Shown in pieces: positions 26,201-39,400 of a stretch of 64,000 nucleotides of DNA. Numbering within the stretch: position 1 is the stretch's first letter; every line of letters begins with the position of its first letter. The translations under genes and the position numbers were made by a program. The notes under the pieces are model-generated. The model did no database searches, was not told where the DNA came from, and was given only the letters and a program-made list of their open reading frames with translations. Origin of the DNA: Owenia fusiformis (taxonomy: Eukaryota); contig CAIIXF020000001.1 in NCBI GenBank assembly GCA_903813345.2, positions 48,484,001-48,548,000 of the forward strand, given 5' to 3'.

Positions 26201-29200
26201 AACTTACCACATGCACATAGAAGGCTTGGTTACACCACCTTCACTTCCTGAGCCCTGGTGAGAAGGAAAACCCATACGGATCAGTGATGAATCAGTCTTC
26301 ACAGTAGCTGGTGGCGGTGTGACGAATTGATGTAACAGATCTTTAAAATGGCTTTCGTCAAGTATTACATTGTATTGTCCATTTGTTTCTTGGCATATAG
26401 TTTTACATATCCTGAGTTCGGCAGATAGTCCTATGACAGAACATCGGATGTTGAGTTCTTTTATATGCTGCAACAGAAATACAAAGTAATTGGATCATGC
26501 ACACAAATTTATATACTGGTACAAGTACTTTGTTATATCAAGGTGAAATCATATTCTATTAAAACTAAATTGTCCTTTTTAGGCATTTCAAAGACTTCTA
26601 ACTTCATTTGATTTTCAACTGGATGCAAGGTTAACTGGTAGCTTCAATGCTAGGAAACTCATTAAACTGATTTTAGTTTAGAGAATAATTCTGGAAGAAG
26701 TAGGTATGTTAACTCTGAACACCTGTGTGGGAGGATGATAGAAAATTTGCATTATATCTCATAAGCCATTTCAGTAATTTGGAAACAATACACCCAAATG
26801 ATGAGAGCTACCTTAATTGTGGCATGTATTCCACTTGGGTCACATGTACTCAGTGCTCCATATATGATCAAAACCTCACGACTCGTATGACTCGGCATGT
26901 GTTGAAGTGTTTGTGCTGCCACCTTGAGACAATTCTGAAGTGATGCTTCACCCTTACATTCCTGTTTGGCTTGTTCCTGTAATTTGGCAATATGTTTCTT
27001 AGGGTTACCTGGAATTAATAATTTAAAAAATTTAATGTTGAATGGGTACAATCTTTAGAATGAAGATAAACATTATTACACTCATAATCAAAGTATCAAA
27101 ATATAAAAACAAGTGTATGTAACTTGTAGAGCAAGCAATTTTTACAGAATGTACGGTCACTTTTTTGCCACAATCTTAGTAACATAGCATAGAGAGATGT
27201 AAAACATGCAAAGCATTTGATATTGATTGGATAATGGCTAAATTTAAGAAGTATCTATAATTTCGAGAGTGCAGAGGAAATCTTGCTCTTAGAAAGAGTA
27301 AACAATTAATGGTCTTACCTCCAAGTTCTGTTAGTTTATCACAGCGTTTATTCCTGGTTACTAAGATACCAAGTTGGCTTATAGGGTTTTGGTCAAAATA
27401 TTCTTCCACAAAGTACTCCAATAACTATAATAATAAAAAATATATATTTTGGAACTCTGTGGAGTTTGTCATTTCACTTAGTTGAAAGCTTTATTTATTT
27501 TGACTGATACCTCCTCAATTAAACATGTAAACCAGAACAACGGCAATGCCAAAGCGTAGCAAATCCCATCGAACAGCCATGGAGGGGCAGGGTGTCTCAA
27601 AAAAATGTACCCAAAACTATATCAATAGCACCGATAAACCAATCAATATTTTTAGACATTTTTTGCATGGTCGTGTAGCCAAAACATGAAAGTTTTCTCC
27701 CCAATACACCATTTTTATTACAGTCTTGTCTTTTTGATGCTTTAACCCTTTATCTTTTACACCACATAATCGATGTAACCTCGTATTTCTATTACAGCCT
27801 GTATCCTTACCGCTACATTGTTCATCACATTTGATAATAATTCCAGTGGAATGTTTTGGATTTCTCTTTGGATGTTGCCCTTAAGTTGTTCTAGATCTTT
27901 TTACTTGGAATGAGCATTAAAACACTCCTTTAAATAGCCACAGAGAAAGATGTCTGAGGATGACGATGGCAGAACAAAAACAGATAATCAGGTCAATTAT
28001 CAGCAAATGATTCAGAAGTTACCTTCCAGAGTTAGGCAGGCTAGCCTGGAGACCAAATGATATCCAAATGAAAACACAGTGGTCTCAAATTGATACACAC
28101 AACAAAGGCTACATTAGAATCCCAATCAATGCAGTTTCTTTAACCTCTGACCTCTCTGTATAAGGGGGCTATAAGACATTGTGAAGGCCTCCCTATTCAC
28201 CATATTTGACCGCCCATAGTTTTTTCTCTGAGGCTATTTGAAGGACCATTTTTATGCTAAACCCAAGCTAAGAGACCTAGAACAACTTAAGACCAGGATC
28301 CGAACAGAAATCAAAACATTCGACCAGAAATATCAAATGTGATGAACAATGTACTAGTAAGGATGCAGACTGTCATCGAAATATGAGGTTACATTGAATA
28401 TGTGGTGTAAAAGGTAAAGGGTTAAAGAATCAAAAAGGCAAAACTGAATTAAAAACTGTGTATAGGGGAACAAACTTTCATCTTTTATCTACAAGACCAT
28501 GCAAAAAGTGTCTGGAAATATTGATTGGTTTGTCTATGCTGTTGATATACTTTTGGGTACATTTTTTTGAGACACCCTATATAGCAAAAATGGCAGCCAT
28601 TTTTCAAAATGGGCGCCTTCTACCAAAAGTGTCATTAGACCATGTGCCATACTTATAGTATTCACATACCAAATATGAACAAAATCGCTCCACTACTTTT
28701 CAAGTTATAGGAAAATACATTAAAATGGTTGCCATTTTTTCGCTTCACTACTTTTCAAGTAATAGTAAAATACGTTAAAATGGTGGCCGCCTTCTACCAA
28801 AAGTGTCATAGGACAGTGTGTCATGCTTATAGTATTCACATACCAAATATGAACAAAATGGCTCCACTACTTTTTGAGTTATAGTAAAAAACGTTTAAAT
28901 GGGCGGCCATTTTTTAAAATGGCCGCCTTCTACCAAAAGTGTTTTTAGACAGTGTGCAATGTTTGTAGTATTCACATACCAAATATGAACAAAATCGCTC
29001 CACTACTTTTCGAGTTACAGCAAAAATCGTAAAATAACGAGTAAAGGCCGCCATTTTTCAAGATGGCTGCCATGTGCTTCTTTAATATCTACACTTCTAG
29101 CTTTATTAATGTCCTATATAATTTTTTTACATCTAAAACATATTGCTAATACAATTTTACATATTGCACCTAAATTACTGTAAATTCGGCACTAAAATGG

Positions 29201-32200
29201 CCGCCATTTTGAAATGAGCGGCCATTTTGAAAATCGGCTTTCGAGAAGAACTTCTTCCCCCAATGGGTATATGTGTACAAAATATGAACAAAATCGGGCC
29301 AACGGTATTTGAGTTATTGCTCGGACGGACGGACGGAGGCGTTCCCTATATCCCTCCGAATTCGTTCGATGGGATAATAATTTCTAAGATATTAAGAATG
29401 AAAGGGAAGATCAAATAGGTAAACAAAGAAACAAACGGTAAACAAAGAAACAAATCAGGTTGTTTTTGTTTGTTTGTTGTAACATTAACAGCATGTTAAG
29501 ATTTCATTGGTTTTATCAAAATCTTGTGTTACCTTCAAGGAAGATGCAAGTCTAGTTGGCTTTAAATCAGGTATTGACATAGCTTCAGACATATCAATGA
29601 TGATGTACAAGTGACGCATCTGGAAAAGTAAAATCATGAATCCTCAATGTAATAATAACCTCTTGTTAACTATTATTTTAGATTTCTGAATTTTTATTTG
29701 TATTCGGAATGGCAGATTCGAGTCCATGCATTAAAGATACCTAAATATACCATATTTAAATCTTTATTCATCTGTCTTTTTGGATAACCGTACTCAAAAC
29801 CTCAGAACAATTAGAACTTCAGTCATTTATGAGAATAAATTGAATTGAATACCAGGTTATTGATTACGGCTTTGAAAGTCAATGCAAATGTGTACAAAAA
29901 AACATAAAGTATTTCAATCTATAAGATAATAACATGAGCTGAACATACCATTCCCAGTTTGGCATTAGATTGTGCTTCCTGTAGACGCCGTTTCTTTGCA
30001 CGATGTATGATGTCATTAACTGATGTTTGCAAAGACCCCGCATCATTTTCTTGTATTGCTTCCCTAAAATGTTACAAAAAAGGTTTAAAAAGTGTTGGAT
30101 CTACAAAATTTTATGTATACTTTAAATCCAATTTTCAGCGCTGAACAAGGATGCGAAAGTATGTGCATATATTAATTTACATGATGTTATGCTTTACAAT
30201 AGTCATATACATATAAGCTATCAATACTCCAGGTTTGCTTAGATTGAAGGGTTGGGACACAGAGTTACATTACAGAGGAGTATGGGTGGGGGTATGGGAC
30301 ACTAAATTAAAGCTCAGATGGATAAACTTGTACTTTAGTATGTTAGGGTTAAGCCTAAAGATATAGCATTTGCTTATGCCATTCGTGTGCAATATGAATA
30401 TATTATTCTCTATATTATTGCATATATTCAATAGTCTTTTGATTTCTTATTTTTTAGGTTCAACCGGTTGCCTTGAAGCAGTTTACAGACTTTAACAAAT
30501 GCTCGTTTAGAAATTTAGTGACTGCAGTAAAATTTTAAATGTTTGGAACTACATGTACTTTGAATCTAAAAAATAAGCAATTAAAGGACCATATTCAAAC
30601 AGAATATGTAAAAATAGAAACATTTATACATGTCCTAACTTTTGTACATTTTAGTTTATATTTAAGAAATACAGACCGAAAAGGATGGGTTATATCGTCG
30701 AATACACCCCGCAGGGCTAGGCACAAACGTTTTCTGTGCCCCGAACAACCGAAGGGAGTGAGGGGTTCGAAAGCTTTTGTGCCTAGCCCCAAGGGGTGTA
30801 TTCGATGATATTACCCCTGCTCCGAGGTCTATATTACGATTCGAACATGAAAACTCACCAAATTGTTTTGAATATTCATCATGGTCCGCCATTACTACGA
30901 CCCACCATTATGACGTCACACATTACACATATTAACTGGGGTATTGATCGCGAATATATCCCAGGTGAAATGTTGACTTTGTTTACCGTTTACAGAAGGC
31001 GTGAATACAGTCATGTTCGAATGTAGTTTAGCTATCATATCTGTGGCCTCTTATATTTTGATGCTTCTCTGCCATGTTATTTTTGAAAAAATTAACATGG
31101 CTGAAACTCCCTAAATTACAAAAGGCCACAGCTTTGCTGCACATTATATTTACTGTTGCAATATTGTCATTTGATTGCTTATTTTTTAAATTCAAAGTAA
31201 TTCCAAACATTTTACTGTAAAGTGGTGAACATACAGGCCTGTAGCCAGGGAACTTAAAAATTTGAACTAGCTCATTGTGACAACTTTTATGATTGAGGTT
31301 AATTAATGTCTCCGACTGTAGTCTCAAAATTCTACAGTTCTACAGAGCCTACGCCCCTTAAGGGAGCGCTAAAGTTAATCAAAAGTACAAAAAATGGCAG
31401 CCATATTTTTTTGATAAAGTGACAAGATTTTGATCTGTATCAAAATCTTGTGACTTTATCAAAAAAATATGGCTGTTATTTTTTGTACTTTTGATTAACT
31501 TTAGGGGTTTGTAGAAAAAACCGGGTACTGGGTAGTAAATCCTCCATGCTGGGTTCAAACTTGGTAAAAAACAGGTACCCAAAAAACGAAAATACGCATA
31601 TATAACATAATTAGATCATTAGAAAATGTGTAAGATTTGTTTTGAATTTACAAAAACGTATGTAACTTCCTTCAAAATTGAGCTAGACGCTTCAAATATA
31701 AAAAGCATTTTAAGGCTCTTTTCTTCCTCTATCTATTATGGGGGGTGGGGGGGGGGGGTGCGATCGCACCATCACACCCCCTCCTGGCTACGCCTATGAC
31801 ATTGTAAGACGTAACAATTTACACTTCAGTGGACGTTTCGTCGAAAATTGGGATAACTTAAATTATGATTAATAATCACGTTGCATCATGTAAATTAACA
31901 CAAGTCACCTCTCTGCTAAAGTAACGTTAGCTATTCACAGATTTAAATCATAATCAAAACAATTCACGTACCAACATACGAACTATATATTGAAAATAGA
32001 GTAAGATCGATTTGTCATGTTTTTCAAACCGTCTTACAATGTCATAGGCGTAGCCAGGAGGGGGGTGGGATGGTGCGATCGCAGCCCCCCCCCCATAACC
32101 AATGAAAATATGACCATGATGATAGAGAAAGAAAAGAGCCTTAAAATGCTTTTTATTTGAAGCTTCTAGCTCAATTTTGAAGGTTACATATATTTTTGTA

Positions 32201-32936
32201 AATTCAAAACTAATCTTACACGTTTTCTAACGATCTAATTATGTTATATATTCGTATTTTTCGTTTTTTTTGGGTACCCGTTTTTTTTGACCAGCTACTG
32301 GGTACCAAGTTTGAACCCAGCATGGAGGATTTACTACCCGGTACCCAGTTTTTTCTACAAACCCTTAACTTTAGCGCTACCTTACACTTAAGATACCTAC
32401 CTCAATGTATTAAATAACTCAAAATGTAACTTCTAATATATTGGAACCGCCGATTGTCTGGGTATATCGGCAGAACAGGAACATTTTTCTTTTTCATCGA
32501 GAGAGATTCCATCACTTTTCAAGATGGCAGTTGGATTTAAAAGGGGATTCCCCGTTTGACTGTCCCGGATGTGACCCGGAAGTACCAATAAATGGAGGAA
32601 TTTGACGGTTAAAATAAGTTAAATATTACACGCAAATATTGCGATCAAAAACGAAAATTACTTCGTTCTGCCGATAAACCCAGACAATTGTGGATTTGTC
32701 ACCTACACGAAAAGAATGCTAAATTACCAAGGAATCTGTTGAAGTAGGTATCTGAAGTGTAAGAAGCGTAAAAAAATTCTCCCATGTTGTAATCGCACAG
32801 GCAAAAGATTGAGATGTTCTCAGGACTGTAGTCCTGGTACCGGGATAACCTACAGTAAAACCAAATGAAGATATCCTTACCATGTACGTTCATATTCTGT
32901 CTCCCACTTGTAGCCCTTTTCTTGTTCATCATCCAT
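23299..32936 (-). CDS. GTF2H2: General transcription factor IIH subunit 2 (p44/Ssl1)
   Basis: Exons 32936-32881, 30063-29949, 29619-29533, 27424-27319, 27008-26812, 26467-26208, 24795-24692, 24521-24416, 24132-24093, 23448-23299. Motifs [116 protein letters not shown]. Confidence 0.95.
25874..26216 (-). repeat. 19-bp tandem array spanning the donor of GTF2H2 exon 6
   Basis: Minus-strand unit GTAAGTTCCAGTGCATGTG; GT at 26207 and every 19 bp to 25884 (18 sites), essentially invariant. Confidence 0.97.
27534..29380 (-). mobile_element. Helentron/HINE (DINE-1/Pearl-like) non-autonomous element, interrupted by a mariner MITE
   Basis: Reverse-complement copy of the 47014-48330 element: sub-terminal IR ATCCCATCGAA, (GACG)n microsatellite ~29323-29337, internal ~130-bp tandem repeats. 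Confidence 0.75.
27588..28579. mobile_element. Tc1/mariner-type MITE nested in the HINE-like element
   Basis: CAGGGTGTCTCAAAAAAATGTACCCAAAA ... TTTTGGGTACATTTTTTTGAGACACCCT with ~250-bp imperfect TIRs. Confidence 0.75.
30530..31220. mobile_element. Palindromic non-autonomous element in GTF2H2 intron 1
   Basis: Inverted pair ~30535-30590 / ~31166-31215 and internal hairpin TCGAATACACCCC..GGGCTAGGCACAAA / TTTGTGCCTAGCCC..GGGGTGTATTCGA (30698-30804). Confidence 0.55.
31360..32385. repeat. Long inverted repeat (foldback-like), arms ~350-450 bp
   Basis: 31360-31811 is the imperfect reverse complement of 32030-32385 (e.g. CCTCCTGGCTACGCCTATGACATTGTAAGACG / CGTCTTACAATGTCATAGGCGTAGCCAGGAGG; GGGTAGTAAATCCTCCATGCTGGGTTCAAACTTGGTA / TACCAAGTTTGAACCCAGCATGGAGGATTTACTACCC). 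Confidence 0.85.
32453..32689. mobile_element. Small MITE-like element
   Basis: 24-bp inverted termini ATTGTCTGGGTATATCGGCAGAAC / GTTCTGCCGATAAACCCAGACAAT. Confidence 0.55.
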
Positions 32937-33459
32937 CTTTCTGAACTATTTTCACAATGTACTTTCACTGAGAGCAGCAAATTTATCAAAATTAGTCAAA
33001 ATCAACGAAAATGTGAGTTTTTCAGATTTTACTCGTTCAAAGCTAGGCGCTATATTCAAGATATTGATGAAGTCAATTTTAATTAATTGATTTTTATAGT
33101 ACATTTATCTATTTTGGTAATCTACATATTTAGTTATATCGAATAATTATAAGTCATATTGAGATATTGAATACATATAAGTAAACCTTTAGTTAATATT
33201 AGTTCCTTTAATTTCTCATCATACTAAAGCAACAGCGAATAAAGCTGATAGCTTCGCTGCCATCTTTGAAAATTTTAAGAAAATTACAAATTTCGAAAGT
33301 TCACTTCATCAACCTACTACTTATAACGTTGAAAACAAACGTAAACGCACTTCATATCTACATTCGGGAGAATGAGTCCTATTTAGCAATAGTGACTGAT
33401 GATGCTGGTGAAATTCTGTCTCCCAGAATTATTAGAAGCAGAAGAAATTTGATTTCAAA
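32937..33459. promoter_or_regulatory. Putative bidirectional promoter between GTF2H2 and OPA1
   Basis: Divergent start codons only ~520 bp apart (32936 minus, 33460 plus). Confidence 0.6.
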
Positions 33460-36400
33460 ATGTTGAGGTGAGCTAGACTATGAATCATTGAATTATTTAG
33501 AGATACTTTTTAATATGTTGATGTACATTATTGGCCTTTTACTTTGAGTGTCTATGGTTGGTTATAAAAGAATTAGAGTGGCACAAGTGCCAAATTTTCA
33601 ACTTTCGGATAAACAGACCAGTAATTCACTAATTGTCCAATATGTGAGTTACATCATTCTTTTTATTAGAATTATTAGACTATACTTATATACATGATGT
33701 CATATTACAATTGTTTCTGTTTTCAGTTCTTCATGCCAGAGATGTGTACAGCTGGCCTTACGCAAACAGGTCAAACATGCTTCCACCTTCAATGTCATAC
33801 TGCCATACACGACATCCAGAACACTGCCAAAATATGGCTCGCTCAAACCAATGTCCTCTAAAAACATTGCATTGCTATATCAATTGCGCAGATATCATGT
33901 ATTTAACACTAGAATTCCTAGATCTTTGACAAGGCCAAATCTAAAATATCATCAACAGTATAGAAATATAGGAGTTTTCAGACCAATGGCACGACTATTG
34001 AAGTTGCGTTATATCTTATTCACATCAGCTGTTGGAGGAGGGGTTGCCATAAATAATGTAAGTCACAGTGTTTTTAATGTCATTGTCCTAAATCATTTTA
34101 TTTATTTGGAGTACAAAGTGTTCTCCCCAGGAGTATTAACTTTAATTATATTCCATAGTTGCAAAAAATAACGAGGGACATACAGCTAGCCGTATTCAAG
34201 AACTTATCAAACGAAAAAGTCAATTGTTTTAACATAATGCAAATATTTTCTTATGAATTATTTTTCAGACTTATGAATCATGGAAAGACAAACTTCCAGA
34301 CTTGACATGGATGAAGGATATATTCCCAGATCAAAGCAAAGTTGATAAATGGAATGAAACCTTCAAGAAATTCACATCAAAGATGTCACTACCAGAAAAG
34401 GTATTTGAATAAAATAATTTTATTTTTCAAATTGATAATAACGTACGCAATAAATTCAGTAATAAAAAATTATGAAACAACGAAACACTGTGCATGAAAA
34501 GAAAAATCTTGCTTAGAAAGATTCCTCAACATGTAATTATATTACAAAAAAGATGTATTACTATGTATTTTGAATTGAAATGTGTACAATATTATGAAAA
34601 TTGACTTGTTTTAGGGCTGGCTCAGAAATAATGTTCCCGCAGTAAAGTCCATAAAAGACTGGTTTGATGATGTGACTGGAGGGGACTCAAAGTCCCTCTT
34701 CACTGAAGGTAAGTTCACTGAGGCTAAGGAATCGGATGTCACATGAAAAAAAGTTTACACATCTCCTATGGTATTTTGCAAAGTCTGTTCAGTGAAAATA
34801 CCACTGACTAAAATCTACTTCTACATTCATTCAATAGTAATGAAGCCTTCCCCACAAACGAAGCAGGTCATCGTTAAATCTGCTCACGTTTTCAGTGGGT
34901 CCTCCTCAATCCTCATGCTTTCAGCGGGTCCTCATCCTGTTTTCACTGGGTCTACTAGAACACCTTTATTGATGTATTTTGCTTCCCACAGTAGATGTAC
35001 TTGTACATTAATTTTGGATCATACCCATATACAGGGTGAGGTAAAAAAGGTAACCCAAACAAATCATAATGACTCTGCCATCAGGTTTGGGTTTTTAATC
35101 ATATTTGATACAATTAAACCATGTTCAATGTTCTTTCATTCCACCAAGTATGATTGTCTATTTTAAATGGTCACTATTTTCTGACCATTTTACAAAACAT
35201 GCACAAAATGCCGATATTGTCTTTAGAGGGAGACTTGAACGCATCATGTGAAGTTTTCTGACTACACATTCAGATATCTTGTGTCTTGATTTTGGTATGT
35301 TTTGGCATTTTGACCATGTTTTGTAAAATGGCCATAAAATTCTGACCATTTTGAATATGAAACTTACTAGAATGAAAGATCATTGAACAAGGTCCAGTTG
35401 TACCAAATATGCCTTAAAACCCATCCTGGATTACTGTGCTATTAAGATTTATTTGGGTTACCTTTTTTGGCTTATCCTGTATGAGATCATCTCTAAATTC
35501 TGAGGGTTTCCCTTCTTTTGCTAATTAGAAGCTATTTTGTAAAATGGTGGCCATTTTTATTTGTGTTATTGTATTATGTTAGTATTACACATTTTCTATT
35601 AAGAATTTACCTATATGGTGCGCATTTAAAAAAAATTTCATGAAGGCCTGATCAGAAAGTAACGATGTCCCATTCAGCTAGATAATCATACACCAAAAGT
35701 AGTGACACTTTAAGCTAATGCAATTTAGGGAAACAACACTATAACACATGTATATTGAAAGAACAATTTTATTGTCAGACCTACACTGTACTCACTCTTA
35801 TAGATACAAGATCACTAAGAAAACATGTTCCAAACTATATATACAGTACATACGTACATGTTTTGCTGATTTTTCAGGTGTACCATTGATTGCGAGCAGC
35901 TCTGGCCATGTAATAGGTGTGTAGAGTAGAATACAAGATATAATATACTCAAGTCACTTTACAAGATTCAATACTCAAGTCAGATAAATAATAAAATACT
36001 CAAGCCACAATGCAATACTAAATCTAAAGCCATGATACCAGAAATACCACAAGAATAACACTTTTTACATTCATAACAAAGTGGGGAGGCATAATATAGA
36101 ATGAAAGAAATATAAGTACTTGAGTTACTCTATTTTACATAATGTAATGCTAACCATTAGTTAAACATCCCCATCCTTGGTGTTACCCTAAACTCATTAG
36201 ATCTTGCTATACCCAATATCCTCTTACTTAGAATTGATAATTTTACACCTTGGCTTTCAACCAATCAGAGAGCCTACAAAGCAATGTCAAACACAAACAC
36301 AATCAAAACAGAGAAATATTATTGAAAATCAAACATGTAAATGAGTTTTATGGAAATGGTAGCTGAACATTTACCAGCTCTGATTGGCTGAAGTGAGTTC

Positions 36401-39400
36401 AAACATCTTTTCCTAATGTTAAGAGTGTTAGAAGTGTATAACTTATAATGGGTCATTAAACGTGTATATAAGAGTATTACTCTTGAATTCTGCACCAGAT
36501 ACACAAAACTCTGATCTCACCGTATCATTGTTTTGTAACATCATTGTGCCAGAGCTGCTCAGTTATAATATAGACTGGAGCTAGTCTGTTATTCTTAAGG
36601 ATATACATAGCTATAACAATTGAATATACTGTATACCAAAAAATGAGGGAATTTTTTTCTTGTTGATCTAAATGGTGGCATTATATTTATAGATGGCAGC
36701 ATTAATGAAGTTGTGAGGGATGTAGCTGATCCCCATGGCAACAACAGAGACGGTGGATCATGGGTGCCCCCAGATACTCGTGCGGTATGTTGTATTCTCA
36801 ATTTTCATCCTTAACCTACTATACATGTGAGGAATAAGCTTAAATTTTGTGATGTACCATTATTTGATTTTATTTAATGGTAAGAAACATCATGTGACTT
36901 GTATTTTACTATGCAAGGTATATAAATTACATTATCGAAAGGCTGACTATTCACAAATGTTTTAAGCCAGTTTTGAGGAGAAGTTAGACAAAGGAGACTG
37001 ATATATGTACATGTATGGCTACTTACATGATGAATGGTCTTAAAATTTTCATATCTCCTATTTTTTTTTTCAATGTGATGGGGTCATTCCCACAAGTTAT
37101 TATCCCAACGAACGAAGTTCGGTAGGGATATAGTGAAGCCCTCCGTCCTTCAGTCCGTCAGTCTGTCCGTCTGTCCGTCCGGAAGATAACTCAAATACGA
37201 GTTGACGGATTTTCTTCATATTTAGTGGAAAGATGTATATTGGTGAATAGTTGTACGCAAAAAAAACATTTTTTTCAAGATGGCCGCCACTTTAAAAATG
37301 ACGGGACTTTTTCGCAAAAACCATAAATTTTTCATTCTAAACCAAAGTAATTAATATTATTGTTTCAAATTTTGGTAGTATATTCGCAACAACTATCTTT
37401 TTCACATATATTCCGTGTTTTTCATCGATGTAAAATTCAAAATGGCCGTCTAATGTACGATTTCGCAATAATGTTTTGATCCCTTCAAAGTATGGCTATA
37501 TTATACTCAAATTGAAGGAATTTTTGAGTAGATCACAATTATGGTATTATTCTTCAGATTTGTACCTCAGAAAATTCAAAATGGCTGCTTTGCAGGAATT
37601 CGCAATTCTAAAATCTAAATTTTTCAATTTTAACCAAAGTAATGAGTATAATTGATTGGAATTCGGTAATTGATATTTTGTTCGTTGGGATTTGCTACTC
37701 CGCGGAGTTGCCATTGTCTAGTTTATCTGGTCTGGGTCCTTTGCATTTTGGTAACTATGTCAACCATACCTGATTATTTTTGGTGTACTTTATGTTTTTT
37801 TCCTGGATTCATGTTTCCAAAAATGGAAATGTCTGTTGCATCACCTCTCATACTCTTAACTCACTATAGCTGACAAACAATGCATTTTAATCAAAGGCAC
37901 ATGATCATGTCTATTTACAATGAACATTCTAATTGATCTAATTGTGAAATTGAGGATGAATATTGACCCGAAGAAAGACTGAAGTGATGAAGTAAGGTGC
38001 GCTACTTGGTAACAGTTGCACATAACAATGAAAATTGTGGGAAGTTGTCACTCATGTCGCTAATGCAGCTTTGAAACCTGTTTTGGTGTGACAAAAATAA
38101 GAGTTAAAATGAAAGAAACAGAGGTTATGTTATCAAGAACAAAAATAACTTCTAATATACATACAGGATATTAAGCATAGGCAAAACATTTATTTGCATC
38201 ATCATATAATATTTTTGCAAACTAAATTAGATAATATTTTTGTTATGTATTTAAATGAACTCTCTGTTGTGTCTTTCAGCCAAGAAATGACAAGGAAAAG
38301 ATTGACCAGCTGCAAGATGAAATACTTCATACACAAGTAAGTAGATTTTGTGTTTGTTCATTCAAGACTCTGTAAAATTTTATCAAGTTGTGTTTAGATT
38401 ATTTTTGAGATTTTTGAAACAGTAACTTTTCTATTTCACATGATTCTATTTTACATGATGATGAACATTGTAAGTCATGTTTATTGTTTATGCAGATTCG
38501 TTACCAGAAGGAGATAGAACGCTTAGAAAAAGAAAATAAGGATCTACGAAAAACAATCTTGCTGAAAGATTCAAGGAAAGGTGGAAAAGTCAGACAAATG
38601 AAGGTAATATTCTCTATTTGTAAAATATAACCAAGTTCACTATTTTTTATTGGTATTTGCAAGCATGAAAATTCTCATCATACATATCCACCATAATTTA
38701 TGGAGTATGTTCGATTAAATTAAATATCTTCGTGTCGATAAAAAAATGTGTTACAGATTTGTGCAAAGAAGCTATATGTTTTCTAACTGTCTTCTTTGAA
38801 ACACTTGTCCATAGCAAAGTCAACTACTCTTCTTTACTTACACTAGTATCAGCTGTCATGTGAATTGAAATTGTCAATGCTTGCCATGTTTCAGAAGTCG
38901 CTTATTGACATGTACTCTGATGCACTTGATGAACTGAGTGACTATGACTCCAGTTATAACACACAGGATCAATTACCAAGAGTGAGTGTTCTTTCATATT
39001 AGCATGTGTATACAAATTGTAACTATGAGTTGTCAATATTTGTTATTTAAAAGGAAGGGTATGCAATATCAGGAACTCTTTGACTCAAAATGTCCGTTTA
39101 GTTGGATAATACAGTCTAGAAAATTCTAATTCAGCCTTTTACATGTCTTTTATCACATTACTGCTATGAAATTGTCCTGAAATCTGTTTGGATGTTTTTC
39201 ATATGAGGACATTACATATTCACTGGTGCTTCATTAGTGGCAATCTCATTCACAATGTGTCTTGATTTAGGTTGTAGTTGTCGGAGATCAAAGTTCTGGA
39301 AAGACCAGTGTGCTAGAGATGATAGCCCAAGCTAGGATATTTCCTAGGTAAGCCAGACAACAGGTTGTCAATCTTTATAATGTAATGTGAAAATTATTGC

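Noticed and set aside
25832..26261. Three overlapping plus-strand repeat ORFs ([19 protein letters not shown])
   Set aside because: Artefact of a 19-bp stop-free repeat antisense to GTF2H2.
35930..36060. AATACTCAAG repeats just after the OPA1 35916 donor
   Set aside because: Too degenerate, and they do not include the donor sequence.
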